DNA of 64,000 bases, taken from the NCBI RefSeq assembly GCF_009834535.1, contig NC_045696.1:58654001-58718000 (forward strand). The letters are read 5' to 3'. The DNA comes from Camelus ferus (lineage: Eukaryota). The position numbers and the translations under genes are program-made. Of the stretch, positions 13,670 to 26,179 are shown in pieces (within the stretch, counting starts at the first letter, position 1; each line of letters begins with the position of its first letter). The notes below the pieces were generated by a model that ran no database searches, was not told the DNA's origin, and saw nothing but the letters and a program-made list of their open reading frames with translations.

Positions 13670-14810
13670 CACTCCTGACGGCTCTTCTTCTCAAGTTCCC
13701 TGCCTCTGCCCATGACACCCCCAACTGCCTGATCACCAAGGTCAAGACCTTGCCTGTGTAAACTGCTCTTACTTTTCAGAACTTTTCCTCTGCGACTCAT
13801 CCCTCTCCCTTCAGCACCGTATCCAGCCCTGATCAAGCCCCACTGGGACACAGCACTGGACTTGTCCTTCCTGTCCTCCACCCACCCACTGCCTCCATGA
13901 AGTTCTCACCCAACTGGGATTCCAGCCACGCTGTTCAAGCCGGACAGCCTCTCCTCCGCCCTCCTTGCTCCCTGTATGGTCCCATCTCTCCAATACCCTG
14001 CCTTTGTCATGTCACTCCTCTGCTCCAAACCTCCAAAGCTTCCCTGGGTTCCACCAGCCCCGTCAAATGTGGATCCTTCTGGACCCACCAAGTTCACTCC
14101 TTATTTTCCACTGCAACCCAATGCCTTCACTCCATCAGCCCCATCCCGTGCCTGCCCACTCCCTCCAGCCCGGGCCTGGCTGGCATTATCCTCCGGAAGC
14201 ACCATCCCATCATCCCATTCTCCACCTCCAGCAGGCCTGGGCCTCTTTCAGGTCCTGTCTGGATGACCAGGACAGTCTCTGAATTGGTCTCTCTGTCTCC
14301 AAGCTTGCTGCCTTTGACTCACCCTCCACTGCAAGCCAGCCAGTGATCTTCCTAAAACATACACCTGACCACGTTACTGCCCCATATAAGCCCTTCTATG
14401 CCTCCTGCAGCTTCCAGGGTCAGCCACGCCCCTAGTCTGGCCATGGCCTGGCTTCTCCTGCCCCATGCTCACCTCCCAGTGGTCCCTGAACTGAAATCTG
14501 CCCTCTGCTCCAGACAGCATGAACCACAGGAAGCTTCCCAAGCTTTTCATAGTGTTTTCTTGCCTTGGCCCACGAGCTCCTCAGCTAGAATCACCATCCT
14601 ACATACTGCTGTTGCTACCTTTCCTCAGGCTCGCCCCTTCCGAGGAGGAGGGTCCTGGCTCTGGCTGCCAGCATCCACCCCAGGCCTTCCTGTAAAGTCC
14701 CCGATCATTCTGTTTCAATGGTCTGTTACCGGGGTCTCCCTGAGGATGGGAGCTGTGTCTTGTTCAGCTCCACCACGGACAGCCTTATACTCGGGAAACT
14801 CTGTGAGCTA
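13670..14810 (+). mobile_element. Degenerate L2 LINE
   Basis: Pyrimidine-rich L2-like blocks: catgtcactcctctgctccaaacctccaa, cagccagtgatcttcctaaaacatacacctgaccacgttact. Confidence 0.5.
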
Positions 14811-15361
14811 GTGAGCTCTCTGTGGGCCGGCCTGGTCTCCCCTGGCATCAGTGGACATGGTTATCGAAGGCCATCTCAGTAAACTCTCAGTAAACAGCTA
14901 TTGGTGCTAAAAACACAAATTAAAGGACAATTTTGTGAAAATATATTGAGGAAATATAATTTTGAGGACTGGGAGAAAGTGTGCTAAGAATTGTTTAGAT
15001 TCATGAGAGACCTCCCTCCCCACTCCCCTGGGGAACACCTTAATCCCAGTGGGGAGGGCTGATGGTCTGACCACACCAATTCATCAGCTCCTGGGGAGGG
15101 GTGGAGGGCCACTTCCTCCTGCTCAGGGCCCAGGTTGCTTGGTTTGCTCGCAAACCACAGGGAGTCACTGAGGAGGCAACAGGCAAGGGCAGGGCTAGAG
15201 CCCCTTCTCCAGAGCCTCCCCCAGAGCATTCCCACAGAGCCAGGAACGCTGGGCTCCCTCCAGGGAAAACATTGCACAGCTGGCGGGGAGGAGGCAGCGG
15301 GGCTGAGGCAGGATCCCCCCAGCCCCTGGCCAGCTGCGCAGGGCAGGAGGGCCTCACTCAC

Positions 15362-15511
15362 CTGCTGCTGATTCTCCCGCTGTGAGTGGAGCCGCGCCTG
15401 GATGCACTCCCGGGTCTCCTGGAAGGCCTGTCTCTGGGAGACCTCAGCCGGGTAGTGGGTACAGACACCCACGATGTTGGTGCAGGAGAAAATGAGGACA
15501 TTGGAGACAAG
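15362..15511 (-). CDS. ADCY5: Adenylate cyclase type 5, coding exon 2 equivalent (150 bp); last helix of first TM cluster plus coiled-coil
   Basis: Encodes [50 protein letters not shown]. Acceptor tctctccctctgcag| and donor CAG|GTGAGT. Phase 0/0. Confidence 0.97.
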
Positions 15512-18094
15512 CTGCAGAGGGAGAGACGAGGACACGGAGCTCAGGCCTGGAGCGAGCACTGGGCACCAGAGCCCCAGCCCTGACCCTTCTGGCTCCAGCG
15601 CTCAGAGCTTCTAGGCCCCACTGTAGCAAACACACACCTGGCTGCCAGCAAACAAATGCCAAAGGCATCTACCATCTACTTTGGGAGTAGCCAAGTGTAA
15701 CCAGTTGGGCTCGCTGATGTCCTCAAAGCCCAAAGCTTGGCTGGCCTGTGATGGAGTATGGCCCTAAGGATGCTTAGTCACTGGATAATCACACTGGCCA
15801 TGCACAAAATACCAGAGGTTAAAAGGCTGGGTGTGCTGGCAATGCTGTGACAGAGCTGTGTGTGTTGGGGGTGGCAGGGGCATTGTAAAGAAGCTTCCTT
15901 GACAGTGTAGGATGTCACCGTTTGAAAGTATGACATGTTCCACATCAGACAAAAGACTGCTCTTCCACAGAGAGGCCTTAGCTGGTCATTTCTCAGGGAT
16001 CAGCTCCAACGAAGCAAATACTTGCTGATATCCAGCACTGTGCCAAATCCTCTGGGGACTGAGAGGATAATAAGGTCACCGCCAGCAGGGATCAGTGTCC
16101 ACAGCAGGTCTCATCTCCTTCTCTGCACCAGAGCCTCCTGACACCCCCACCACCCAGTGGCGGGCGCCCACCCTTGCTCCCTGCTCCACCCCAATGCCCT
16201 CCTCCGTGCTGGCAGAGATGCACGTGTGGAGAAACACCACTGCCCCTCAGGTCACAGAAACGAGGCTGGAATTCTTTTGAAAGCAGTACTTACTGAAAAG
16301 CTAAGGGAAAACACAAGCTACAAAAGCGTGTTTAGGCATCACATTCCAGATCCTGGCAAAGGTGCCGTTTGGTCAAAACTTCTCTTGGCAGGTACAGCTC
16401 CTGGCATATCTGGGTAAACGGAGCCTGGTCCTGCCTTTGCCTCAGGCCACACAGGACAGAAGCCATGCAAAGGTGCACAGCTTTCTAGGCCTCAATCACT
16501 CCCTCCAAACGCTTAGTTCTTAGTACCAGCTGCAGAAGGGGAGCCCAGGTTGGCCCCTGCCCCTTCAGCTGTGGCTCCTCCAGCCCTTGGGAGCCCTGTG
16601 TTGGTCCCTCCTCCATTTGTCCATTTGGATCCCGAAGAGCCTGCCTCTGGGACTTCAGCTGCCTGGCGGTGACCAGCAGCAGCTCCCACACTCTTCTTTC
16701 AGGGACCTCTTTGTCGCTGGACCTAGAAGTCCTGTCCTTGGCTCTGGGCTGCATTCTACCTGAAGGCTTTCCCCACCCCAGAGGTGGGCCTGACAACCAC
16801 CCAGGGTCTCAGAACTGGAGGCCATGTGGGATCCATGCTGGATGTGGTGCCGTCTTTCCCTGGAGATATGCTATACCATCTGTCCCAGCACATGAACAGA
16901 AAGAGACTTTTTCTTTCCTATCTCAGTCATGCTCTCTCCTCGACTGCATAATACATTCTGGCTTCCCAGCTGAAGGACACTGTGAGCTCCCCTCAAGCAC
17001 CTCCTGGATACCTCCCGGATGCCTGTTTAAGGAGCCTTCAGGGAAGGGGCAAACTCAGATTACCAGCTCCCCCAACCCTACTGCTGACTCACAACACCCC
17101 ATCCCAAACCCACCCAACCCAGAATCCTACCATTGCCACTTTATGCAAACATACCGCAGAGAAAAACCCAACCTAATGATCACAGGCAAAGAAGACACCT
17201 GCTCTACCAAAGCTTATAGTCTGATTGAGGAGATAAGTGGTCAAGACTGACAGAGAACCAATAACAGGAAGCAGAAACTGACTCCTACCAAGCAAGAGGG
17301 ACCAGAGGGGAAGATGGAGTGATGAGAGGAGGCCCCTGGGTAGACCCCAGGTGCACTGAGCCCCGGGATTAGGGGCATATTTGGCAAGGCTGGCAGACAT
17401 GGGAAAGAGCGCCCCTGGAGAGAGTATCCAGGAAGCTCAGGCATGTAAGGTACTCAGGGTCCTTGAATAAATAACCCAGGCTCCCTGATCCTGAGGGGAA
17501 GTCTACAGGGAGAAGATGGAGCCAGAAAGACAGACTGGAGCCAGATTGAAGAGGCATCTGAAAGTCAGGCTGAGATGACCTGGCACAATCCTTCTACAAG
17601 AGAAGCCACAAACACTGTTAAACCAAAGAATGAGCACAGAGTTTCATCAGGGGCGAGAGCAGTGCAGGTTGTTGAGAGATGGGTCAGGAGGCTTCTGCAG
17701 AATCCCAAAGTATCGGGGAGCAAAAACCTATATGAGGCTGGAGTCTGGCAAGGTAGAGCTGACTCAGAAGGAAGATCAGGGAGGAGAAGGTCCAGGAAAA
17801 AACAGACCATGACCTGCAGTATAAACCAGTGCAGTGGCTATGAAGGGAGACTCTGAGGACATGCCTCCTGGAAGTCACTGGAGGACACTGAGAGAGAGCT
17901 AAGGAGAGAGAATGAGATGAGGAGGTGGAGGCTGAAGGTGCAGACTACAGAGAATTTTGAAGAATTTTCTAGCTAGGGCATATCTTTTGAAAGGAGAGAG
18001 GAAGGTGCCAGATGATAAAAACATGAGTGAGACAGGAGAAACTAGAAAGGAGAATATGAGGAGCTACCTTCAGACAGAATAATGAGTCATGATA

Positions 18095-20810
18095 ATGCAA
18101 CATGGCCAAGTGGGATTTATCCCAGAAATGAAAGGTTGGTTCAACATTGAATATCAATGTAATTCGCCATATTAACAGATTAAATAGAAAACCATATGGT
18201 TATTTCAATAGTTACTGAAAAAGTATTAGGCAAAATTTAACATCTATGCAATATTTTTTTAAAAAACAACAAATTAGAATGGAAGGGAAATGCCTCAATC
18301 TGGTCAATGACATGCACAAAAACCTATAGCTAACACCATACTTAATAGTGAAAGACTGAATGTTTTCCCCTAACACTAGGAATAAAGCAAGATTGTCCCC
18401 TCCCGTTACTTGTATTCAATATTATACTGGAGGTCCTAGACCATGCAATAAGACAAGAAAAAGAAATAAAATGCATATAGATTGGAAAGGAGGAAATAAA
18501 ACTGTCTGTATTTGCAGATGGTAAGATCACCTATGTAGAAAATCCCAAAGAATCTACAAAACAGCTACCAGAATTAACAAGCAAATTTAGAAATAAAAGG
18601 ACACAAGATCACAGGATACAGAGTCAATATACAAAAAGCAACTATATTTCTATAAGCAAGCAGTGAACAATCAGAAGTGAATTTTTTTAAAGTGCCATTT
18701 AAATATCACCAAAATGATGAAATATTTATGTATAACTCTATCAAAATATTGCAAACCTATTCACTGAAAACCATAAAACATCGATGAAAGAAATTTTAAA
18801 AGACTAAAATAAATGAAGAGACACACCATGTTCATGTATTGGAAAACTAAAAATTGTTCAGATGTCAATTCTCCCCAAACTGATGTATAAATGCAACACA
18901 ATCATAATAAAAAACCAAGCATGTTTTTTTAAAAAAAGAAATTAACCGAAGCTAAAATTTATATGGAAGAGCAAAGCAACTAGAATAACCAAAATAATTT
19001 TGAAGAAGATGAATCAAGTTGTAAGACTCACACTACTCAATTTCAAAACTTACTATAAAAGTACAGTAATTAAGTTAGTGCGATACTGGTCTAAGAATGG
19101 AAATATGGATCAATAGAATAGAACTGAGAGTCCAGAAATAGACCCTTACATTTATGATTTGTTGGTTTTTGACAAGAGTACCAAGATAATTCAATGAGAA
19201 CGGAGAAGAATAGTCTTTTCAGCAAATGATGCTCAGATAAGTTTATATCCACATGCAAAAGAATGACCTCTACCTCATATTATAAACAAAATTAACTCAA
19301 AGTAGGTCAGACACCTAAATATAAAAGCTACAGCTATAAAACTCTTAGAAGAAAACATACAAGTAAATCTTCATGACCTAGGATTAGGCAATGATTTGTT
19401 AGAGATTACACCAAAAGCACAAATGACAACAGGAAAAAGAAAGAAGATAAATTGCACTCCATCAAAATTAAAAAGTTTTGGACTTCAAAAGGAACCATCA
19501 GAAAAGTGAAAAGACAACTCACAGAATGGGAGAAAGCATCTACAAATCACTTATCACACCTTTATGTTTGACAAATATACAGAGGCAACTAAATGGAGGA
19601 AGAATAATCTTTCAACAAACAGTGCCAGAACAACTGGATATCCATATGATTAACTCAAACCTTACAAAATATACCAAAATGTACTCAGAACAGTTTGTAA
19701 GACTAAATGTAAAACCTAAAACTATTACACTTCCAGAAGAAAATACAAGACTTTGGATTACGCAGAGATTTCTAATATACAACAGCAAAACATGATTCAT
19801 AAAAGAAAAGTAATGATAAATTGATAAAATAGACTTCATCAAAATTAAGAACATTTGCCTCCAAAAGACACTGTTAAGATAATGAAAAGACAAGCCACAG
19901 AAAGGGAGAAATTGTTTGTAAATCACATATCTGATAAAAGGACTAGCATCTATTTAATAAAAAGACTTGCATCCAAAATTCATAAAGAGCTCTCAAGTCA
20001 AAAATAAGAAAACAAAACCCACTTTTTATATGAGTAGAATATTTGAGTAGACAATTTACCAAAGAAAATATAAGGAAGACAAATAAGCACAAAGAAAGAT
20101 ACTCAAAATCACTAGCCATTAGGGAAACGCAAAATTTTTTTTAAAAAAATCAATGAGATACTACTAAACACTATTAGAATGGTTAAAATGAAATTAAATT
20201 TTAAAAAAGAAAAGAAAAGAAAAAAGAACTGCCAATACTGGTACTGGTAAGAGTGTGTAGCAACTGGAATTCTGATACCTTGCTAGTAGGAATGAAAAAT
20301 GGTACAGCCACTTGGAAATTAGCTTAGCATTTCTCATAAAAGTACACACAACACTTGTCATGTGACCAGCAACCTTGTTCGCAGGTATCTGCCCAAATCA
20401 AAGGAAAAGTTACGTACACACAAAAACCTGTGCAGGAATGTTTATGGAATACCACTCATCTACAAAACAGAACAATCCACTGATAACACCCAACAACATG
20501 GACGAGTCACAAACACACTGTGCTGAGTGAAAGAAGTCACACTCCAAAGGCTACAAACTATATGATTCCATTTATATGGCATTCTGGAAAAGACAAAACT
20601 GCAGGACGGAAAAGAGATCTGTGGTTGCCAGGGGGCGGGGAAGAGGTTGGCTAAAAGGGGCAGCAGGAGGAAATCTTCTGGGGTGATGGAACTGTCTATA
20701 TCTTGCCTGTGTTTGTGGTTATGTGTGTACGTGCCCTTGTCAAATCCACAGTACTGTACACTGGAGAAGGTGAATTCTACTGTATGCAAATTATACTGTA
20801 ATAAAAAGAG
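18095..20810 (+). mobile_element. Decayed L1 (ORF2 RT domain to 3' UTR, L1M-type), probably two joined pieces
   Basis: caagtgggatttatcccagaaatgaaaggttggttcaacatt corresponds to the L1 ORF2 QVGFIPGMQGWFNI region and tatttgcagatggtaagatc to the FADD region. Many stops and frameshifts. Ends ...gtatgcaaattatactgtaataaaaag. Confidence 0.92.
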
Positions 20811-21679
20811 AACAGGAGTAAGATCCAGGAGGGATGAGCAGAGAGAAGATGAGGAGCCGCCTGGACAGGGAAAAAGAGGTCTTTCCTCAATCTGAGGCCA
20901 GAAAGAAGGACCAGTCTCTACTTTGAGACATGTGCCCCGAGGTAATTATCAACTGGCCCTGCTGTATCTCCATACTAATCCTCCTGGCCTCTCCTGCTGT
21001 AATCTGACTCCTCCTGCAGCCAGAAGGCCAGTAGCAACAGACGGTGCAAATCCAGATAAAATGATGCACAGATACCCAATAGGGGTCCAAATGGCTTTGC
21101 TGAGCTTAGGATGCCTCAGTGCTCCTCTCTCCCATTCACTAAACACAAAATGGGACAAGCAGGAGGAGGGTGCTGGGGGTGAGAGAGGGGTCTTTAGGAA
21201 GGCTCCGTTGGGAAGGGTGATTTCAGCAAACTGGAACTGAGAATGGAAAAGTAAGAGATCGGTACGTCAAACACACACCCCCACGCCTCATACCCCATCA
21301 CACACGCTACCCACCAAACAAGCAGGAATGTGCCCCAGGTCTTCACAGATGCTAAGGTCCCTGTGCAGAAACTAACGTTATAAATGGAGAGGAGGGATCA
21401 TTGAAATCTGATGGAAATTCTGCTTACAGCCTTCCAGGAAGGAGTTTGTAGCTCAAAATGAGCTCACACCTCAGGTACAAGTGTCCAAATGCTGATCGAC
21501 TTTTTTTCTCCACTAAAAACAATTATCGTGATTGAACCCCTTCAACTGTCCTTATGTAAAATACTTAATCAGTAAATAATAACAAGCATCATTCACAACA
21601 ACAGGTAAACAAGGTCTAATTAAAAGGTTTGTTGGTTCTCTCTGCGCCAAGCTCACTGGACATATCCAACCACATGGAA

Positions 21680-21708
21680 CGTGTGTGTGTGTACGTGTGT
21701 GTGTGTGT
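21680..21708. repeat. (TG)n microsatellite, interrupted
   Basis: gtgtgtgtgtgtacgtgtgtgtgtgtgt seen directly. Confidence 0.9.
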
Positions 21709-22371
21709 AGTAACGGGTACACCTGACAATACAGCAAACCTCAGCCCTAGGAGTGGCCTCAGCCCCTCCTTTTAAAACCAGCCCTGCAGATGGTTTAGGT
21801 CCAGAAGGTCCTAGGACCACACCAGGAAAAATCCCCTCTAGAGGGGAATGTTTGGAATTCTGGTCTCCAGAAACCCAGAGAAGATGCCTATGAATATTTA
21901 CAACTCTGCCAGCATTCCTAAAACGCCAGCCCTTCAGAAGCCCAATCTCTTGCTATCCAGGCTGCACGTTTGACTTGGCTATGAGTAAAGTTACGTTGCT
22001 CAGTTTGTGCGGTGTCTCTGTGGCGAAGGCTGCAAGGACTCCCAGCAGCCGGCCTCAGGCACTGCCATTCTTGCTGCCTCTCCCCTCTGGGGTTTCAGGA
22101 GGCTCCACGGGCCTGCTGCCATAGGCTTCCTATTTGCCAGTCCTGGGAAAGTCAAAAAGCAAAGAGGAATGAAGAATGAATGGGTTTGGAAAGAAGGAAA
22201 TGAGTTGGGAAAGACCCCCTCGCAATCTGCTGTTTTGCATGGATTCTGTTCTGGACAAGTCAGTTTGCTCCTTGCAAGGTGGTTCACAGGGTGTATGTGG
22301 TGGTGGTGGTAGGAAGTGAGGGATCAGATTCCCCCAAAGAGCCAAATTTGCTAATGGGGGAGAGGGGGCAA

Positions 22372-22533
22372 GATGATCAGTTAAATTTGACTTTCAGATA
22401 AACAACGAATACATTTTTTTAGTATTAAGTATGCCCAGTGCACTACTGGGGACATAATCATACGAAACAATTACTTGCTGTTTATCTGAAATTCAAGTTT
22501 AACTGGGTGACTGTATTTTCCCTGGCAACCCTA
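22372..22533. mobile_element. MER53 palindromic hAT-type MITE (left terminus missing)
   Basis: cagttaaatttgactttcagataaacaacgaat...gctgtttatctgaaattcaagtttaactg form inverted arms. The right terminus ctggcaacccta is intact. Confidence 0.88.
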
Positions 22534-23705
22534 CCAGGGAGACTTTTCAAACCTGCCCCCCTTCCAGCTCTGATAACCCTCCTGCCTTGGCTGAGCCCCA
22601 GCACACTAAAGGTGACCCAGCTCCACTCCACCCTAGACCCTCTTCCAGACCCTCTTCCACTCTCAGTGGCTCCTGCACAGACAACCACAGTGCTTCCTCT
22701 TCACAGCAGGGTCTGAAATCCCCTCACTTAAGTGCAAGCCAAAGCTGGGGTCTGATTTTCTAGATCCTCCCACCTGGCCCACAAGGGGCTAGACCACCTT
22801 AGGGCCCCTGGGGGCTGAAGACCAGCTCCCATTACTCTGCAGATGTGACCTGGGGACCCCAGCCCTAAAGACAGGTACCACTCTTTCTGTTCTAGTTCTT
22901 TTTCTGTTTACAAACACACAAAACTAGCAACCAAATGAATCCCAAATAAAAGGAGCTGACAAGCCTGATGAGTTCCTCCTGCCTGCTCCCGAGTTCATTT
23001 GTCCTACATGGTGCTGGTGGGAAGCTCTGGGGACCTCAGCAGAATCCCATTATAACATAAAATAAAATATATCAAGGAAGGATAATCTTAAATTATATAT
23101 TCAGAAGGCACATCGGCAGGGTTCCTTGTATACTGTACCATGCTTAATTAGGTGCTAAGTGGCTTTTAAAAAAATGTTACATATTTTAACTTTTTTTTTA
23201 TCATAGTGATGCCTCTTTAAAATTTTTCTTTTACAAAGAAAAAAGACTGCTCAAAGCCACATTATCTCTGCCTGGAGGCTTCTGTAATGAGATCCTTTTT
23301 CATGGAGGTGGCTGGTCCATCTCAATGGCTATGGACAGACAAGACCAGGCTCTCTGCTCTCTTCATTCCTATTAGGGTTCTGCCCAGGTAGCACCCCCTC
23401 CTCTCCATTGCAGCTAGAATCCAGCTGCTCGGGACTCATCAATCTCTCCTGGTTTCAAATCTTCTACCTACACTATCCTCTACGTCAAGATCCTCATATC
23501 CCCTTCCATCATGACACTGTCCTGCTCAAAAGCACGCCACAATTCCCTAGTACCTACAAAATAAAGCCCAAACTCCTGCTCTGGAGTTAAGACTCTACGT
23601 CTCATCATAGGCCACATTCCCTTTCTCCTCACCTACCCCAACCATATGGGCTGCTTACTGCCTCTGGAAAACACCAATCTACAATGATTCTAAAAGTGTG
23701 ATGTT

Positions 23706-23848
23706 GGTGGGGGAGGGATAAATTGGGAATTCAGGATTTGGAGACACTAACTACTATATATAAAAGAGATAAACAACAAGAGCACAGAGAACTATATTCA
23801 ATATTTTGTAATAAACTATAATGGAAAAGAATCTGAAAAAGTATATAT

Positions 23849-23887
<39 letters not shown>

Positions 23888-23980
23888 TATATATAAAACC
23901 GAATCACTTTGCTGTACACCAGAAATCAACACAACATTGTAAATCAACTATACTTCTATAAAAATAAATTAAAAAATAAA
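23706..23980 (+). mobile_element. Short cetartiodactyl-type L1 3' end containing a (TA)n microsatellite
   Basis: gggagggataaattgggaa...aatcactttgctgtacaccagaaatcaacacaacattgtaaatcaactatacttc plus A-rich tail. (TA)n at about 23843-23895. Imperfect TSD aaaagtgtgatgtt / aaaatatgacgtt. Confidence 0.85.
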
Positions 23981-24592
23981 ATATGACGTTTATTTAATAC
24001 AATTTTACTGTTACTAAAAATAAATCATACTTAGCATCTGCTTAATGTATGCTTAGGAAAGACAAAATAGTCTAAAATAGGAAAAAAGACAAGTATCTAG
24101 GAATGACTGGGTACAGCCTTCAAAACACCTTCACAGGCCAGATTTCACTGCATCCTCATTTCACCCTTCTAAGATAAGCAAGTCGAGTAATAACAACCCC
24201 CCCTGCTCTGCCCTGATGAGGGAACCCAGGCCGGAGGCAGGAATCCCATTGGCAGGTACAGAGCAAAGCAGCAGCAGAACTCAATCACAGATTCTCATTC
24301 CGACTTCAGAGCTTGTCCTGCTCTACTGTGCTAAGCTGTTATTTATCCCAATTTAATTTAGGTCCACTTTTGTTTTATTCTATTTAATAAAGGAACACTC
24401 AACTTTCTTTCAGCCTCGTCCTGGGTGCCCCAGGCCTTCTTCATAGATCCTGGTCACATAGAATGCTGCTGATGAGGGACCTACTTCCAGCCTCCGCCTC
24501 CAACCCAGCTCTCTCCAAGGAACTCGCCACCGTGGGTGAGGAAGGCCCACTGCCTGCCTTGTGAGGCCAAGTCTTGCTCTAGGATAGCCTCC

Positions 24593-25702
24593 TTTAATTA
24601 TTTTTTTCATTGAGATATAATTCATGTACCATAAAATTCATCCTTTTAAAGTATATAATTCCATAGGTTTTATTCTCAAGGTTGTGCAACCTTCACCACT
24701 AATTCCAGAAAATTATCAACACCCTCCCCAAAGAAACCCCACACCCATTATTCATTGCTCATTTCCCACCCCACCCCCACCTCCTGTCAACCACTAGTTT
24801 ACTCTCTGTCTTGATGGACTTGCCTGTTCCAGACATTTCACATACATGGTATCATGTAATAGCCCTCAGTGTCTAGCTATTTTCACTGAGCATAATACTT
24901 TCAAGATTCATCTCTGTTGTAGCATGCATCAGTACTTCATTCCTTTTCGTAGCCAAATAATATTCCATAGTACAGATATACCATATTTAAAAAATTCATT
25001 CATCAGCTATGGACATTTGGATTGTGTCCACTTTTTGACTGTTATGAATAATGTCGCTATGAACTGAACATTTGTGTACAGTTTCTTGCATAGACATGTT
25101 TTCAATTCTCTTGGGTAAATACCCAGGAGTAGAACTGGTAGATGTTATGGATCAAATGTTTGTGTTCCTTCACTCCAAATGCATGTGTTAAAATCCTAAC
25201 CTCTCAATGTGATGGTATTAGGAGGTAAGGCTTTGGGGAGGTGATTGGTCATGAGGGTGGAGCACTGATGAATGGGATTAGTGCTTTTACAAAAGAGACC
25301 CCAGAGAGTTCTCTAACTCTGCTTCTACCACACAAGGACACAGCGAGAAAATGACATCTATGAGCCAGGAAGTGGGCTCTCACCAAACACCAAATCTACT
25401 GGTGACCTGAACGTGGACTTCCCAGCCTCCAGAACTGCAAAAAATAAATGTTTTGTAAGCCACCTAGGCTATGGTAATTTGTCACAGCAGCCCAAAAGGA
25501 CTAAGACACCAGGTCACGTGATAACTCTATGTTAAACATTTTGAGGAACTACCCAGCTGTTTTCCAAAGTGGCTGCACCATTTTACATTCAAAGCAGCAA
25601 AGGATGAGGGTTCTGATTCTCCACATCCTCCCCATACTTGTTTTGTCTGTCATCATAGCCATCCTAGTGGGAGTGAGGTGTATCTCATCGTGGGTTTGAT
25701 TC
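24593..25702 (-). mobile_element. L1MB-like 3' end, split by an LTR insertion
   Basis: tttttcattgagatataattcatgtaccataaaattcatccttttaaagtata... continues after the LTR with ataactctatgttaaacattttgaggaactacccagctgttttccaaagtggctgcaccattttacattc. Confidence 0.85.
25143..25508 (+). mobile_element. MaLR solo LTR (MLT1A0-like), full length
   Basis: TG...CA termini (tgttatgga...ctaagaca), gtgatggtattaggagg, gacttcccagcctccagaactg, and AATAAA at 25443-25448. Confidence 0.9.
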
Positions 25703-26179
25703 CTTAAAATTTCTAAGCAAATAGTGACAGTGACAAGTGAGGCAGTTTATTCTGTAACTTAAACAGTGTGCCTTTAGTGAGTAATGGCCATACTGTACAC
25801 TTTACTTTTATTATCTTTGCTGACTTATTTCTAGGAAGACCCCAGACCTTGTGTATGCAGCCAGAGAGAAACAACAGCTTTCATGTAACAGTACTTACTT
25901 AAACAGGTCATCCTCTTAATTCACTCAGCAAACACTGACTGAGCACCCAGTGCAGAGTACTGTGTCGGGGGACTGGGGAAGCTAGACCCTGGCCACCTAG
26001 CCCCTGCTCTCCAGGACTTCAAGTCACTGGTGGAGGCAGGCGTCTGCACAGGAGCAGCTGAGAGGACACAACCTTTTCAGGTTTTGCAGTCGCTACCCCC
26101 AAGTTAGTTCGACTAACAACAAATATGGCAGAGGGGCCAAATTCTTACTATATGAAGTGGTTTATAGCTGAACAAGGAA

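Noticed and set aside
18095..20810. Active L1 or domesticated reverse transcriptase
   Set aside because: 5'-truncated with numerous stops and frameshifts. The ORF track shows only short fragments.
22635..22658. Short tandem duplications (agaccctcttcc x2; similar ones at about 32070 and 42652)
   Set aside because: Ordinary slippage-type micro-duplications with no wider structure.
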